A stretch of DNA of 64,000 nt from a bacterium (lineage in GTDB: Bacteria; UBA8248): NCBI GenBank assembly GCA_965261085.1, contig OZ253442.1, positions 1,920,001-1,984,000 of the forward strand, written 5' to 3'. The position numbers and the translations under genes were made by a program. Shown here one piece after another: positions 38,638-48,481 of this stretch. Under the pieces are notes generated by a model. That model made no database searches. It saw only the letters and a program-made list of their open reading frames with translations, and was not told the origin of the DNA. How positions within the stretch are numbered: position 1 is the first letter of the stretch; each line of letters starts with the position of its first letter.

Positions 38638-41430
38638 GTGCGCCTATCCTGGAACGAGATGCGCGTGCGCGCGGCGGGGTTCGCCCGCGCATGGCGAGGC
38701 GCGGCGTATGAAAAGGGCGAGACGCAGAGTTTTTATAACGAGTTCTTCTATATCTTCGGCGTCGAGCGCCGCTCCGTCGCGCGCTATGAGGAGCACGTAA
38801 GGCGGCTGGATAATACCCACGGGTACATCGACTTGTTCTGGCCACGCGTTTTGATCGTCGAGCAAAAAAGCGCGGGCCGCGATCTGACGAAAGCCTACGG
38901 ACAGGCGGGGGAATACTTCGACGCCCTGCCCGAAAGAGAAAAACCCGGCCACATCCTGGTGAGCGATTTCCAGACGTTTGAGCTTTACGATCTGGACGAG
39001 CGCGTGCGCACCGTTTTCTCGCTCGGCGGCCTGCCCGCTAATATCGAGAAATTCGGCTTCATCCTCGGGCTTCGCCGCCGCGCCTTTCGCGATCAGGACC
39101 CCGCCAACATCAAGGCCGCCGAACTCGCGGGCAACCTGCACGACGCCTTGGCGGAGGCGGGCTATACGGGGCATGATCTCGAACGTTTTCTGGTGCGCGT
39201 GGTCTTCTGCCTGTTCGCGGACGATACAGGCATCTTCGAGCCGCGCGACATCTTTTTCAACTTCATCGAAGAACGCACGAACGAGGACGGCTCGGACACC
39301 GGGTCGAAGTTGGCCGAACTCTTCCAGGTGCTGGATACGCCCGATACGGAGCGTCAGAACACGCTGGATGAGGACATGGCGCGCTTCCCTTACGTGAACG
39401 GCGATTTGTTCAAGGACTCCCTCCGCATTCCCTCCTTCGACTCCGCCATGCGCAACGCCCTGCTCGAAACCTGCCGCTTCGACTGGTCGAACATCTCGCC
39501 CGCCATCTTCGGCGCGCTCTTTCAATCGGTGATGAATCCAAAGGAGCGCCGCGCGCAGGGGGCGCACTACACGACCGAGAAGAACATCCTGAAGGTCATC
39601 GAGCCGCTTTTCATGGACGATCTGCGCGAGGAGTTCACGCGGCTGAAGGCGAGAAAGGACAGCCGCCGCTCGGCTGAACTCAGCCGCTTTCAGGAGAAGC
39701 TGGGCCGTATGAAATTCTTCGACCCGGCGTGCGGGTGCGGGAACTTCCTCATCATCGCCTACCGCGAACTGCGCGAACTGGAGATGGAAGTGATCCGCGA
39801 ACTACGCGCCGCCGAGACGCAGCGCGAACTCGACGTGGCCGAACTCTCACACATCACCGTGGATCAGTTCTACGGAATCGAACTCGGCGAATTTCCGGCG
39901 CGCATCGCCGAGACGGCGCTCTGGATGATGGATCACATCATGAACAATCGCTTAAGCCTCGAGTTCGGCCAGACCTACACGCGCATTCCCATCACGACCT
40001 CCCCGCACGTCCTGTGCGCCGACGCGCTGGAGACCGACTGGGCGGCGCTTCTCCCGCCTGCGGATTGTTCTTATGTTTTCGGCAATCCGCCGTTCGTGGG
40101 AGCGAAGTTCCAGACGGGTGAGCAGCGCGCGCAGGTGCGCCGCATCGCCGATCTCGGCAAGAGCGGCGGGACGCTCGACTACGTGACCGCGTGGTTCATC
40201 CGGGCAGGGGAGTACCTGCAAAAGAGCGCGACGCGGATCGGCTTCGTCGCCACCAACTCGGTAACGCAGGGTGAGCAAGCGGCGCAGCTTTGGCCTCTCC
40301 TCTTCGATCAGTGCAAGCTAGAGATATCCTTCGCCCACCGCACCTTCGCCTGGGGGTCGGACGCGCGCGGGGTGGCGCACGTGCACGTCGTCATCATCGG
40401 GCTGGACGTCCGGGAGGCGGCGCGGGCGGAAAAGCGCCTGTTCAGCTATCCCGACATAAACGGCGAGTCGCAGGAGAGCCGCCACGCCGCCCTCTCTCCC
40501 TATCTGTTCGAGGCGGGGGGGCTTGCCGATCCGCATATAGTGGTGCGGGAGGAGAGTAGGCCGATCAATGGAATGAGGAGGCTCATAACAGGAACTCAGC
40601 CTCTCGAAGACGGAAGGCTTACTTTTTCACTTGCAGAAAAAGCGGTCTTTATCGAACGCGAACCAGGTTCTGCCCCATTTTTTCGACCCTTTCCAGGTGC
40701 GCGAGAGTTCATTCGAGGCCAAGAAAGATGGATACTTCATACAGCAGATATTCCGCCTCAAATTCTCCGTCAGTTGCCAATGATTCGTGCGAGGTTGCAA
40801 GCAGTTCGTGATTTTCGTAGCAAGAGTAAACGCCAAACCACAAAACGTCTTGCGGATTACCCAACTTCTTATGGAGTGACTGTCGTACCGGAAACGTCGT
40901 TTCTCATTATTCCGCAAACAAGCTCAGAGAGACGGGACTATGTGCCAATCGGGTGGCTCGAACCACCAGTGATCCCGAGCGAAAAACTTCGCCTACTTCT
41001 CGATGCGACTCTAGTCGATTTTGCCCTTTTAACCTCCGCTATGCACATGGCATGGATGAGAGCGGTAACGGGTCGGATGAAGAGCGATTACATGTATTCC
41101 GTCGGCGTGGTCTACAACACCTTCCCGACGCCGCCGGGGGACGCCGTCCTCTCGAAGCTGGAACCCTTGGCCCAGACCGTTCTGGACGCCCGCGCGGCGC
41201 ACCCTGAATCCACGCTGGCCGACCTCTACGATCCGGACCTCATGCCGCCCGACCTGCGCCGCGCCCATCAGACCTTGGACCGCGCCGTGGATCGCCTCTA
41301 CCGCCGGGGCGGATTCGCCTCCGAGCGTGAGCGCGTGGAGCATCTCTTCGCCCTGTACGAGAAAATGCGCGCGCCGCTGGAGGCGCGGGTGAGGAAAAAA
41401 CCGAGACGGAGGAGGGGAAATGTACGATGA
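38638..41430 (+). CDS. MmeI-like type IIL restriction-modification enzyme (N6-adenine MTase plus endonuclease)
   Basis: N-terminal IDLFWP..VEQKS nuclease motif, GAHYT, FDPACGCGNF (motif I), GNPPF (motif IV), SSERRDYVPIG, LADLYDPDLMP..AH..LDRAVDRLY. Confidence 0.92.
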   Translation: MRLSWNEMRVRAAGFARAWRGAAYEKGETQSFYNEFFYIFGVERRSVARYEEHVRRLDNTHGYIDLFWPRVLIVEQKSAGRDLTKAYGQAGEYFDALPEREKPGHILVSDFQTFELYDLDERVRTVFSLGGLPANIEKFGFILGLRRRAFRDQDPANIKAAELAGNLHDALAEAGYTGHDLERFLVRVVFCLFADDTGIFEPRDIFFNFIEERTNEDGSDTGSKLAELFQVLDTPDTERQNTLDEDMARFPYVNGDLFKDSLRIPSFDSAMRNALLETCRFDWSNISPAIFGALFQSVMNPKERRAQGAHYTTEKNILKVIEPLFMDDLREEFTRLKARKDSRRSAELSRFQEKLGRMKFFDPACGCGNFLIIAYRELRELEMEVIRELRAAETQRELDVAELSHITVDQFYGIELGEFPARIAETALWMMDHIMNNRLSLEFGQTYTRIPITTSPHVLCADALETDWAALLPPADCSYVFGNPPFVGAKFQTGEQRAQVRRIADLGKSGGTLDYVTAWFIRAGEYLQKSATRIGFVATNSVTQGEQAAQLWPLLFDQCKLEISFAHRTFAWGSDARGVAHVHVVIIGLDVREAARAEKRLFSYPDINGESQESRHAALSPYLFEAGGLADPHIVVREESRPINGMRRLITGTQPLEDGRLTFSLAEKAVFIEREPGSAPFFRPFPGAREFIRGQERWILHTADIPPQILRQLPMIRARLQAVRDFRSKSKRQTTKRLADYPTSYGVTVVPETSFLIIPQTSSERRDYVPIGWLEPPVIPSEKLRLLLDATLVDFALLTSAMHMAWMRAVTGRMKSDYMYSVGVVYNTFPTPPGDAVLSKLEPLAQTVLDARAAHPESTLADLYDPDLMPPDLRRAHQTLDRAVDRLYRRGGFASERERVEHLFALYEKMRAPLEARVRKKPRRRRGNVR

Positions 41431-41478
41431 AGCTGGCGAGTTTAGTGCGCCATTATTGAAAATTGTAGACCTATCTGG

Positions 41479-42387
41479 ATGGATTTCAGTATCCTGAGGA
41501 CGACACAAAGGAGCATTATCGTGGCGGGAAACCGAACCACCGACTTCAAAGACCCATTCTGGAGCACGAAATGGTTGGATACTGCCTTGAAGAAAGAAAA
41601 GGAAAAATATGAAAAATGCCCGGTAATGCCGGACTGGGTTCCCGACTACGACACCGCGCAGGGGTGGGGCTACGTAGTCATTGGCTATTTCCTTGTCGAA
41701 GAATCATTCAAGGCGCTTTTACACGTTCGCGGGAAGAAGGTACCCAAAGAACACTCACTATCTACTTTATTCAACTTGTTCGATCAAAACGACAAAACGA
41801 TCCTCCGCGAATATTATGCCGACTACCAGGCTACTATCGGCGGTATCATAGGGATGTTTCGGTTCAAATCCATCGACGATTTTCTTGTAAATCTCGACGG
41901 AGATAAAAACGAACGCGGAGACCACATCGGCTCCTTCGACTGGCGGTACTTCCTCATTGAGGAAAAGCGAAGCCAGGAGATGCCATTCGTCAGTGTGGAT
42001 TATCTGCACGAAATCGTATTCGGATGTGTCCGAATCATCGAATCCGCGAACAATGGTCAGTTCGATCCGTCTCGATACACTCGTACTTGGCGGATGCGAC
42101 GGGAGCGCATGAGAAAATACGACGACTGGTTGATTGTCAGAATGAACTCTGACGGATGGGATGATCTCGGTGATAGGTTGGAAATCCTGTGGGGACCGGA
42201 CTATCGTGGGCGCTATGACCTATGTCTTTTTAGAGGCATGGGGCAAGGGAATCATTTTTTTTCGAAGATTCCGGACGACTTCGAGTTGCCGGTTGTTGAC
42301 AAGAGGTTGGAGATCGAAACCTTCGATGCTGAACAAGGATATCGGAGTATCGGAGCGACCTTCCCTTCGCGTCCGTCTACAAACTAA
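41479..42387 (+). CDS. hypothetical protein, HEPN-like
   Basis: FLVEESFKALL..PKEHSLSTLF..FDWRYFLIE resembles the E-xx-LKA / H-x-L-xx-LF / WRY HEPN pattern; lower GC than the R-M gene. Confidence 0.5.
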   Translation: MDFSILRTTQRSIIVAGNRTTDFKDPFWSTKWLDTALKKEKEKYEKCPVMPDWVPDYDTAQGWGYVVIGYFLVEESFKALLHVRGKKVPKEHSLSTLFNLFDQNDKTILREYYADYQATIGGIIGMFRFKSIDDFLVNLDGDKNERGDHIGSFDWRYFLIEEKRSQEMPFVSVDYLHEIVFGCVRIIESANNGQFDPSRYTRTWRMRRERMRKYDDWLIVRMNSDGWDDLGDRLEILWGPDYRGRYDLCLFRGMGQGNHFFSKIPDDFELPVVDKRLEIETFDAEQGYRSIGATFPSRPSTN

Positions 42388-42421
42388 AAGTTCTTTCCTC
42401 CCACAATCCTCGCGTTTCGGA

Positions 42422-42546
42422 ATCACTCCCCCCTTGAGGGTCATTTCCGACCAAAGCGGGAGGGATTGTCGCAGAAGCCGAGCTTTCGGCGAAGGCTGAC
42501 GCGGGGGGGGGGGTATGGATTCTAAAATAAAAGCTCCCCCCACCGG
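42422..42546. repeat. left part of palindromic element interrupted by IS
   Basis: ATCACTCCCCCCTTGAGGG..GAAGCCGAGC..GGCGAAGGCTGACGCGG matches the 38301-38497 element; it ends at the IS end. Confidence 0.75.
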
Positions 42547-42729
42547 GGTTGTTGAAAAACCCCTGACTCTATGATTGGGTGTATGGATATATTCGCCCGA
42601 GATGGGGAGGTCCCGAGATGTTGGGATGCAAGAACAGCGCGCAGCTGGATTTGTTCATCACCGGTTCGCTGGAGAAGCTGGTGCCTGCGGATCATATATT
42701 GGCCCGCGTGAACCGCGTTCACGACCTGC
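42545..42729 (+). mobile_element. IS1182-like left-end fragment
   Basis: Near-identical to 44776-44960, including the GGGGTTGTTGAAAAACCC end and the first transposase codons. Confidence 0.8.
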
Positions 42730-42826
42730 TAGAACGCCTCTCCGCCTCTAAGCGTGCGGAAAAACCGGGGGAAACACTACACAAATCAAGCTGTCAGGAT
42801 ACGCCATATTGCAGGGTAACGCCGCT

Positions 42827-43948
42827 TTATATCCCGTCCATGGGCGGTTCTTCGTAGAACGTGAAATCATCGGTGCTCAGTTCGCTGACTTCGGTGTTCT
42901 CCAGGCGGATCGTGCCTCCTCCTTCGCTGGTGTTAATGAGGGCTGTCGTGCTGTCCGCCGTGATGGTCAGGTCGCCGAAGCCGGTGATGTTCTGCATGGC
43001 GCTCAGGTCGATGGTGTCCGTCTCGTCTTCGAAATCCTTGATGGTGTCGTCGCCGTGTCCCGCCTGAAAGACGAAGGTGTCCGCGCCGCTTCCTCCAAAA
43101 ATCGTATCACCGCCAGCACCACCATCGATGGTGTCGTCGCCTTCCTCCCCCACGAGCCAGTCATTGCCGGCGCCGCCGTATAGCTCGTCGTCTCCCTCGC
43201 CCCCATAGAGCAAGTCGTTGCCGCCCTCGCCATACATCTGTTTGTCGTTTTCCGCGCTCAAAAAGAAATTGGCGTTGCCATCACCCACCCAGGGGTTGGG
43301 CGCGTGGGTTATCCTGGTTGCATCAGTTGTGATGTCGGGTGGCGGGGCGCTGCCATCGGGAAGATTGAACATGCTCTCGGTGAGGTCGGCCTCTTCCACA
43401 CCGAGGAGGGTGATCGTTCCTCCCAGCGCGCTGTGCGTGATGGTCACGCCGATGATTTCGGCCACGTCGAGGCCTTCGGTTTGCCCTTCCAGATTCGTGA
43501 TGGTCAAATCCGAAAACGCTATCTCCACCGGGAGCCGACTCAGATCGATCACGTCGCTCGCGAGGTCGAAATCCTCGACCGTGTCGTTCCCCGTGTTTGT
43601 AGAGAACAGGAACGTGTCCGAGCCGGCGCCGCCGGTCAGGGAATCGTTTCCCGATCCTCCTAAGAGATGGTCGTCGCCTTCACCGCCATAAATCTCATCG
43701 TCGCCGGAGTCCCCTAATAACGTATCGTTGCCTTCACCGCCATAAATCGTATCGTCGCCGGAGTCGCCCCTTATGACGTCATGGAAACCCCCGCCATATA
43801 GCGTGTCGTTCCCGGAACCGCCGCGTATGATGTCCTTGCTGTCGCCACCGTGGACTGTATCGTCCCCGGCGTCGGTGGAAACAATATTGACTCCATCTCC
43901 CAGATCTAAATTGTCATTTTCCGAGGTGCCTTGTTTATGCCAGGACAT
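42827..43948 (-). CDS. RTX (hemolysin-type) calcium-binding repeat protein
   Basis: Many GGxGxD nonapeptides, two DTF.F..GxDT(I/V).DF..D.IDL modules; AAGGAG RBS. Confidence 0.88.
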   Translation of the reverse strand: MSWHKQGTSENDNLDLGDGVNIVSTDAGDDTVHGGDSKDIIRGGSGNDTLYGGGFHDVIRGDSGDDTIYGGEGNDTLLGDSGDDEIYGGEGDDHLLGGSGNDSLTGGAGSDTFLFSTNTGNDTVEDFDLASDVIDLSRLPVEIAFSDLTITNLEGQTEGLDVAEIIGVTITHSALGGTITLLGVEEADLTESMFNLPDGSAPPPDITTDATRITHAPNPWVGDGNANFFLSAENDKQMYGEGGNDLLYGGEGDDELYGGAGNDWLVGEEGDDTIDGGAGGDTIFGGSGADTFVFQAGHGDDTIKDFEDETDTIDLSAMQNITGFGDLTITADSTTALINTSEGGGTIRLENTEVSELSTDDFTFYEEPPMDGI

Positions 43949-44558
43949 GCCGTTCTCCTTTTATACTTATGAGACCCGTTGAATCTGGTTGGGTGTTTTT
44001 CCGGGCTGACCGGAGAGCGGCGGCTTTATCGCCTGCGCCGCCTTCGATCCAGTCGTTGTTCGCGCCACCGTAGATAAAGTCCCTGCCTTCACCGCCATCG
44101 ATCGCGTCATCGCCCTTACCGCCGTAGATAATGTCTGATCCTTCGCCGCCATCGAGCGTGTCGTCGCCTTCGGTGCCTTTGAACAAGTTGACGTCGAACG
44201 GCAGCTTCCCGAATATAAAATCATCCACGTCAAGGTTCGTGATATCAACGTTCTGGAGGCGGATCTCCCCTCCGCCGTACCCGCCCAAGTCGATGAGGAC
44301 GTCGTCCCCGTCGGCGGTGATGGTCAGATCATCGAAGCCGGTTATGCCCAGTATCGATGAGAAATCGATCTTGTCTTCCCCACTGGTGAAGTCGGTGATC
44401 GTGTCGTTCCCGTCCCGGGCGTCGTATATGAAGGTATCGTGCCCGGCTCCGCCCGTGAGCGTATCGTCGCCCTCCTCGCCTATGAGCGTATCGTGGTCCT
44501 CACTGCCCACGATCGTGTCGTCGCCCTGGGTCCCGAAGATTGTTTGGTCATCCACCAT
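43935..44558 (-). CDS. RTX calcium-binding repeat protein, probably 3'-truncated
   Basis: GGxGxD repeats end abruptly at about 44030, followed by a non-RTX tail running into the next gene's RBS. Confidence 0.75.
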   Translation of the reverse strand: MVDDQTIFGTQGDDTIVGSEDHDTLIGEEGDDTLTGGAGHDTFIYDARDGNDTITDFTSGEDKIDFSSILGITGFDDLTITADGDDVLIDLGGYGGGEIRLQNVDITNLDVDDFIFGKLPFDVNLFKGTEGDDTLDGGEGSDIIYGGKGDDAIDGGEGRDFIYGGANNDWIEGGAGDKAAALRSARKNTQPDSTGLISIKGERHVLA

Positions 44559-44775
44559 GTCGTCTCTCTTTAATTAGTTTTTAGTGCGGGCGTCTCTGGT
44601 GTCCGGGTGCATGCCGTACCGAGGTTCGCGAGGCCTCCCGTGCATGCGTCGCCGCCATCGCCGCGTCCGTACAAAATCGGTCACCAATCTACTAAACCTT
44701 GTGTGAAGTAGGTGTGAATTATCACTATAAAATGGTGTGGATTAAGTGAATTTCAACGCCAAACCGGCCCTGGGA

Positions 44776-45541
44776 GGGGTTTTTGAAAAACCCCTGACTC
44801 TATGATTTGGTATATGGATATTTTCGCCCGAGATGGGGAGGTCCCGAGATGTTGGGACGCAAGAACCGCGCCCAGATGGATTTGTTCATCACCGGTTCGC
44901 TGGAGAAGCTGGTGCCTGCGGATCACATCCTGGCCCGTGTGAACCGCGTACTCGACCTGGGTTGGCTGCGCGAGGAGGTGGCGGATTGCTATTGCGCGGA
45001 CAACGGTCGTCCGGGGGTCGACCCGGAGGTGGCGGTTCGCCTGATGCCGGCGGGTCTTCTGCTGAGGATCGTGCACGACCGGCGTCTGCTGCGCGAGGCG
45101 CAGGTGCACATCGCGATCCGGTGGTTCATCGGTTACGGGCTGGAGGATCGGCTGCCGGACCATTCGAGCCTGACGCGGATCCGGCAGCGGTGGGGGGAGG
45201 AGCGGTTCCGGGAGATATTCCGCCGCACGGTCCGGGCGTGCCTGGATGCGAAGGTGGCCAAGGCCGAAGTGGTTCACGTGGACGCCTCATTGATCCGCGC
45301 GGACGTGAGTTGGGAGAGTCTGGTGGAGCGTCACGTGGACGAGGTGATAGCGGAGAACCCCTTGGAGGAGAAGTCCGGGAAGAAGGGTGGAGGAGGCCGC
45401 CGGGGCGGGGGTTCGGGGCGGGTGAGCCGGACGGACCCGGACGCGCGCCTTGCGACCTCGGGCGGGCGCGGGGGGTTCCTGTCCGCCGCCGCGTGACCCT
45501 CCATACCGCCCGCTCCCGAAACCGGGTTATACAACAACCCC
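44776..45541 (+). mobile_element. internally deleted IS1182-like element
   Basis: Left end GGGGTTTTTGAAAAACCC; right end GGGTTATACAACAACCCC, whose reverse complement matches the 42545 end at 16/18. Confidence 0.8.
44849..45496 (+). pseudogene. truncated IS1182-family transposase
   Basis: LVPADHIL, GRPGVDPE, RWFIG..LPDHSSLTRIRQR, VDASLIRA, SRTDPDA, then an early stop; C-terminal DDE part missing. Confidence 0.8.
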
Positions 45542-45545
45542 CATG

Positions 45546-45654
45546 GGCGATGGCTGACGCGGTGGGGGGATGATTCTAAAATAAATTGCCCCCCACCGGT
45601 TCGCTTGCGGGCTTACGCCCTTACCTCACCGACTCCCCCTCAAGGGGGGAGTGA
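45546..45654. repeat. right part of palindromic element
   Basis: GGCTGACGCGGTGGGGGG..GATTCTAAAATAAA..CCCCCCACCGG..CGACTCCCCCTCAAGGGGGGAGTGA. Confidence 0.8.
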
Positions 45655-45794
45655 AAAAATCTCGTTGTCCGACTGCCGCATTATGAGCAATGATGATCCA
45701 ACTTTCTCCGCCGAGATGACGTGAATTGACGCGAGATTCAAAAGGGCTAACATAACAACACCTTTGCCTCTTAGCGGACACATGATGGGGATAA

Positions 45795-46004
45795 GTGATG
45801 GCGCGGAACACGATTAACATTTTCGCTGAATGGGTGAATGTCGAGGTGGCGAGTGATTCGGAGGCGCGGGTATGGGTAGCCGAAAGCGAAGACGCGCCCG
45901 GATTGGTCGCCGAAGCGTCCACGCCCGAGGGACTCGAAGAGAAACTAAAAACTCTCATTCCCGAACTGTTGGAGTTGAACGCCCAACATCTGGATGACGC
46001 TTAA
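45795..46004 (+). CDS. DUF1902 (HicB-like) small protein
   Basis: DSEARVWVAESEDAPGLVAEA.T.E.L..K....IPELLELN. Confidence 0.8.
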   Translation: MMARNTINIFAEWVNVEVASDSEARVWVAESEDAPGLVAEASTPEGLEEKLKTLIPELLELNAQHLDDA

Positions 46005-46033
46005 GCGAAAACGTCTCACCGGGAGGAAACGAT

Positions 46034-46582
46034 ATGACTGACACCGAAAACACACCGGGCGCCCAGTCGCTCGAAGCGCGGCTGCGCGATATCGAGGACA
46101 GGCTCGAAATCTACAACCTGATCGCTTCGCATCCGCCGAGCGCGGACACCGGCGCCGACTTTTACACCCGCGCCATCTTCACCGAAGACGGCGTCTTCGA
46201 CCGCGGCGAGAGTCTCGACTGCACGCTCGGCAGCGAGGCCATCGCCGCCATCACCCAGAGATCCGAGCATCAACAGGCGATTCACGGCGGCCTCGCCCAC
46301 TTCGCCGGTCTGCCGTTCGTCGAACTCGACGGCGATTCGGCCTACGTCACCTCCTACTTGCAGCTCATCCACCCAGACGCAGAGGGCGCGGAGCGCGAGC
46401 TGCCCAATCACGGCGTCTCGACCGGCTACCGCATCCACCGCGTCCTCGCCAACCGCTGGGAACTGAAGCGCACGCCCGGGGGCTGGAAGATCAAGAGCCG
46501 GAAACTGCGCCCGCTCGACGGCTCGCCGCCTGCGCGCGACATCCTGGCCCGCGCCCTGGCGCGCCACCGCCCCGCCGACTGA
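46034..46582 (+). CDS. SnoaL/NTF2-like family protein
   Basis: LEARLRDIEDRLEIYNL, FTEDGVFD, VELDGDSA, GWKIKSR. Confidence 0.85.
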   Translation: MTDTENTPGAQSLEARLRDIEDRLEIYNLIASHPPSADTGADFYTRAIFTEDGVFDRGESLDCTLGSEAIAAITQRSEHQQAIHGGLAHFAGLPFVELDGDSAYVTSYLQLIHPDAEGAERELPNHGVSTGYRIHRVLANRWELKRTPGGWKIKSRKLRPLDGSPPARDILARALARHRPAD

Positions 46583-46687
46583 CGCGCAGGGCTCTCTGCC
46601 GCGCCTTCTGGCCTATGGTATAGTCACGGCAAACAAAATCCGCGCACCGCTCCATCCGGTCGGGCGCAACCTATTCGGAGATAAGAC

Positions 46688-47614
46688 ATGAAACAAGGCA
46701 TGAGGCCCGGTGACCGCCTGCCCTATTCCGCCATCATCGATCGCAAACCGCTCAAACTGCCCGGCGGCGCACGCCTGGTGCTCTGGCCGGTCCTGGCGCT
46801 GGAGGTGTGGGATATTGTCCGGCCCATGGCGCGTATGGTGATACCCCCGCCCCAGGGGGTGCCGATGCTCCCCGATCACCCGAACTGGAGCTGGCACGAA
46901 TACGGCATGCGGGTCGGCGTGTGGCGCATCAAACGCATGCTCGATGAGCTGGGCGTACGCCCGACGGTTACCCTGAACGCCCGCACCTGCCTGGAATATC
47001 CGCGCGTCGCCGAGGCGTGTCTGGAAGCGGGTTGGGAATTCAATGCCCACTCCTTCGAGCAGGTGCCGATGCACAAGCTCGACGACGAACGCGCGACGAT
47101 CGACCAATGCATGAGCGTGATCACGGATTTCGCCGGCAAGAAGCCGCGCGGCTGGTTCGGTCCGGGGCTGACCCAGACGTACCAGACGCTGGATTTTCTC
47201 GCCGAGGCCGGCATCGAATATATCGGCGACTGGGTGCTCGACGACCAACCGGTGCATTTGAAGACGACGGTCGGCAAATCGGTCGTGGCGCTGCCCTACA
47301 ACTACGAGCTCCATGACATTGTGATGATGGCCATCCAGTACCATGAATCCCAAGTCTTCCGCGACCGGGCGCTTGATTACTTCGAGACCGTTTATGCCGA
47401 AAGCCACGAATCCACCAAAGTGATGTCAATCGCCATGCATCCTTATCTGTCTGGCTCGCCGCACCGGATAAAATACGTGCGCGAAACCTTCGAACATATT
47501 TTGTCCAAACCGGGGGTGGTGTGCTGGGACGGCGAGCAGATACTCGATTGGTTCTTGAAAGAACGTCCGGCGCCGAAACCCCGGAGGAGCCGCGCCAAAA
47601 GTAAAAGGGCCTAG
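46688..47614 (+). CDS. polysaccharide deacetylase family (PuuE-like)
   Basis: WHEYGMRVGVWR, WEFNAH, PRGWFGPG, DDQP, MSIAMHPYLSG.PHR. Confidence 0.88.
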   Translation: MKQGMRPGDRLPYSAIIDRKPLKLPGGARLVLWPVLALEVWDIVRPMARMVIPPPQGVPMLPDHPNWSWHEYGMRVGVWRIKRMLDELGVRPTVTLNARTCLEYPRVAEACLEAGWEFNAHSFEQVPMHKLDDERATIDQCMSVITDFAGKKPRGWFGPGLTQTYQTLDFLAEAGIEYIGDWVLDDQPVHLKTTVGKSVVALPYNYELHDIVMMAIQYHESQVFRDRALDYFETVYAESHESTKVMSIAMHPYLSGSPHRIKYVRETFEHILSKPGVVCWDGEQILDWFLKERPAPKPRRSRAKSKRA

Positions 47615-47676
47615 CCCGGACCCGAAAAAGAATTTCCGTGACCGACCCGCCATCCCCGACGACGAAATCGGATGTT

Positions 47677-47747
47677 TGGAGCACCTCTTCGCCCCGAACG
47701 AAAAAATTTGCGAGCCATTAGAGGCGAGGGTGAGGAAAAAGCCAAGA
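47677..47747 (+). repeat. degenerate copy of R-M gene 3' end
   Basis: Translates LEHLFAPNEKICEPLEARVRKKPR versus VEHLFALYEKMRAPLEARVRKKPR at 41336-41406. Confidence 0.75.
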
Positions 47748-47787
47748 TGAAAAAGGGGGTGATGCTGACGTTCCCGTCCCCGCGCGT

Positions 47788-48270
47788 TCAACCGTCCTGC
47801 GGGGCGGGTGGCGCGGACGTGCGGCGGATGAGTTCCAAGAGTGCTGATTGTTGGCCTTCCAGCGCCTCCATGTTTTCCTGATGCCGACTGTCCAAAGCCT
47901 TCATCGTTTCTTGGTGTCGGCTTTCCAGCGCCGCCATGTTTTCCCGATGTTGCGCCATGGTTTCCCGATGCTGGTCGTTTTGCGCCTCGTGTTGACCTTT
48001 TAACTCCGCCATTGTTTCTCGATGCTGCGTCATGGTTTCTTGATGCAGGGCGTCGCGGTACTTCGCGGCTTGGCGCATGATGTAGAGTCCATACCCTATC
48101 AGACTGCATTGCGCGGCCCCGACGATGGCGGCGACCCATACGGAGGCTTGTTGCACCGTGAGAGAGGCTTGTTGCACCGCGAGAGAGGCTTTCTGCAGGG
48201 CAAGGGTGGATTGTTGCAGCGTCAGGGTGTCTTGTTGCAGGGCGAGGCTTGCGGCTTCGTATTCCGTCAT
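47788..48270 (-). CDS. membrane-anchored tandem-repeat coiled-coil protein
   Basis: Five 7-aa xxLxxQ(Q/K) repeats, one hydrophobic segment, H(Q/R)E(T/N)M repeats; paralog of 50422..50850. Confidence 0.75.
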   Translation of the reverse strand: MTEYEAASLALQQDTLTLQQSTLALQKASLAVQQASLTVQQASVWVAAIVGAAQCSLIGYGLYIMRQAAKYRDALHQETMTQHRETMAELKGQHEAQNDQHRETMAQHRENMAALESRHQETMKALDSRHQENMEALEGQQSALLELIRRTSAPPAPQDG

Positions 48271-48481
48271 TCGGTTCTATCCAGTCTGTCCTCGTGGAGA
48301 TAGCCCGAATAGTATCTTCCGGGGCGCGTGGAAAGTCAAAGCGATTCGCCGGCGTCTTCCAGAGGATATTGCGCAAAAACCAGGACGACAAAGAAGGTGG
48401 TGAGGCTGACGCGCGCCTGATTTTTGGTGTATACAGATGGCTCCGGGTTCTGGATATGAGAGATTGAGCAAGGAGAAAATC

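Noticed and set aside
38040-45654. CRISPR array or integron attC sites
   Set aside because: Repeats are irregularly spaced and inverted, with no cas or intI genes and no attC core sites recognised.
41336-47747. Diversity-generating retroelement TR/VR pair
   Set aside because: Mismatches are not restricted to adenines and there is no reverse transcriptase in the window.
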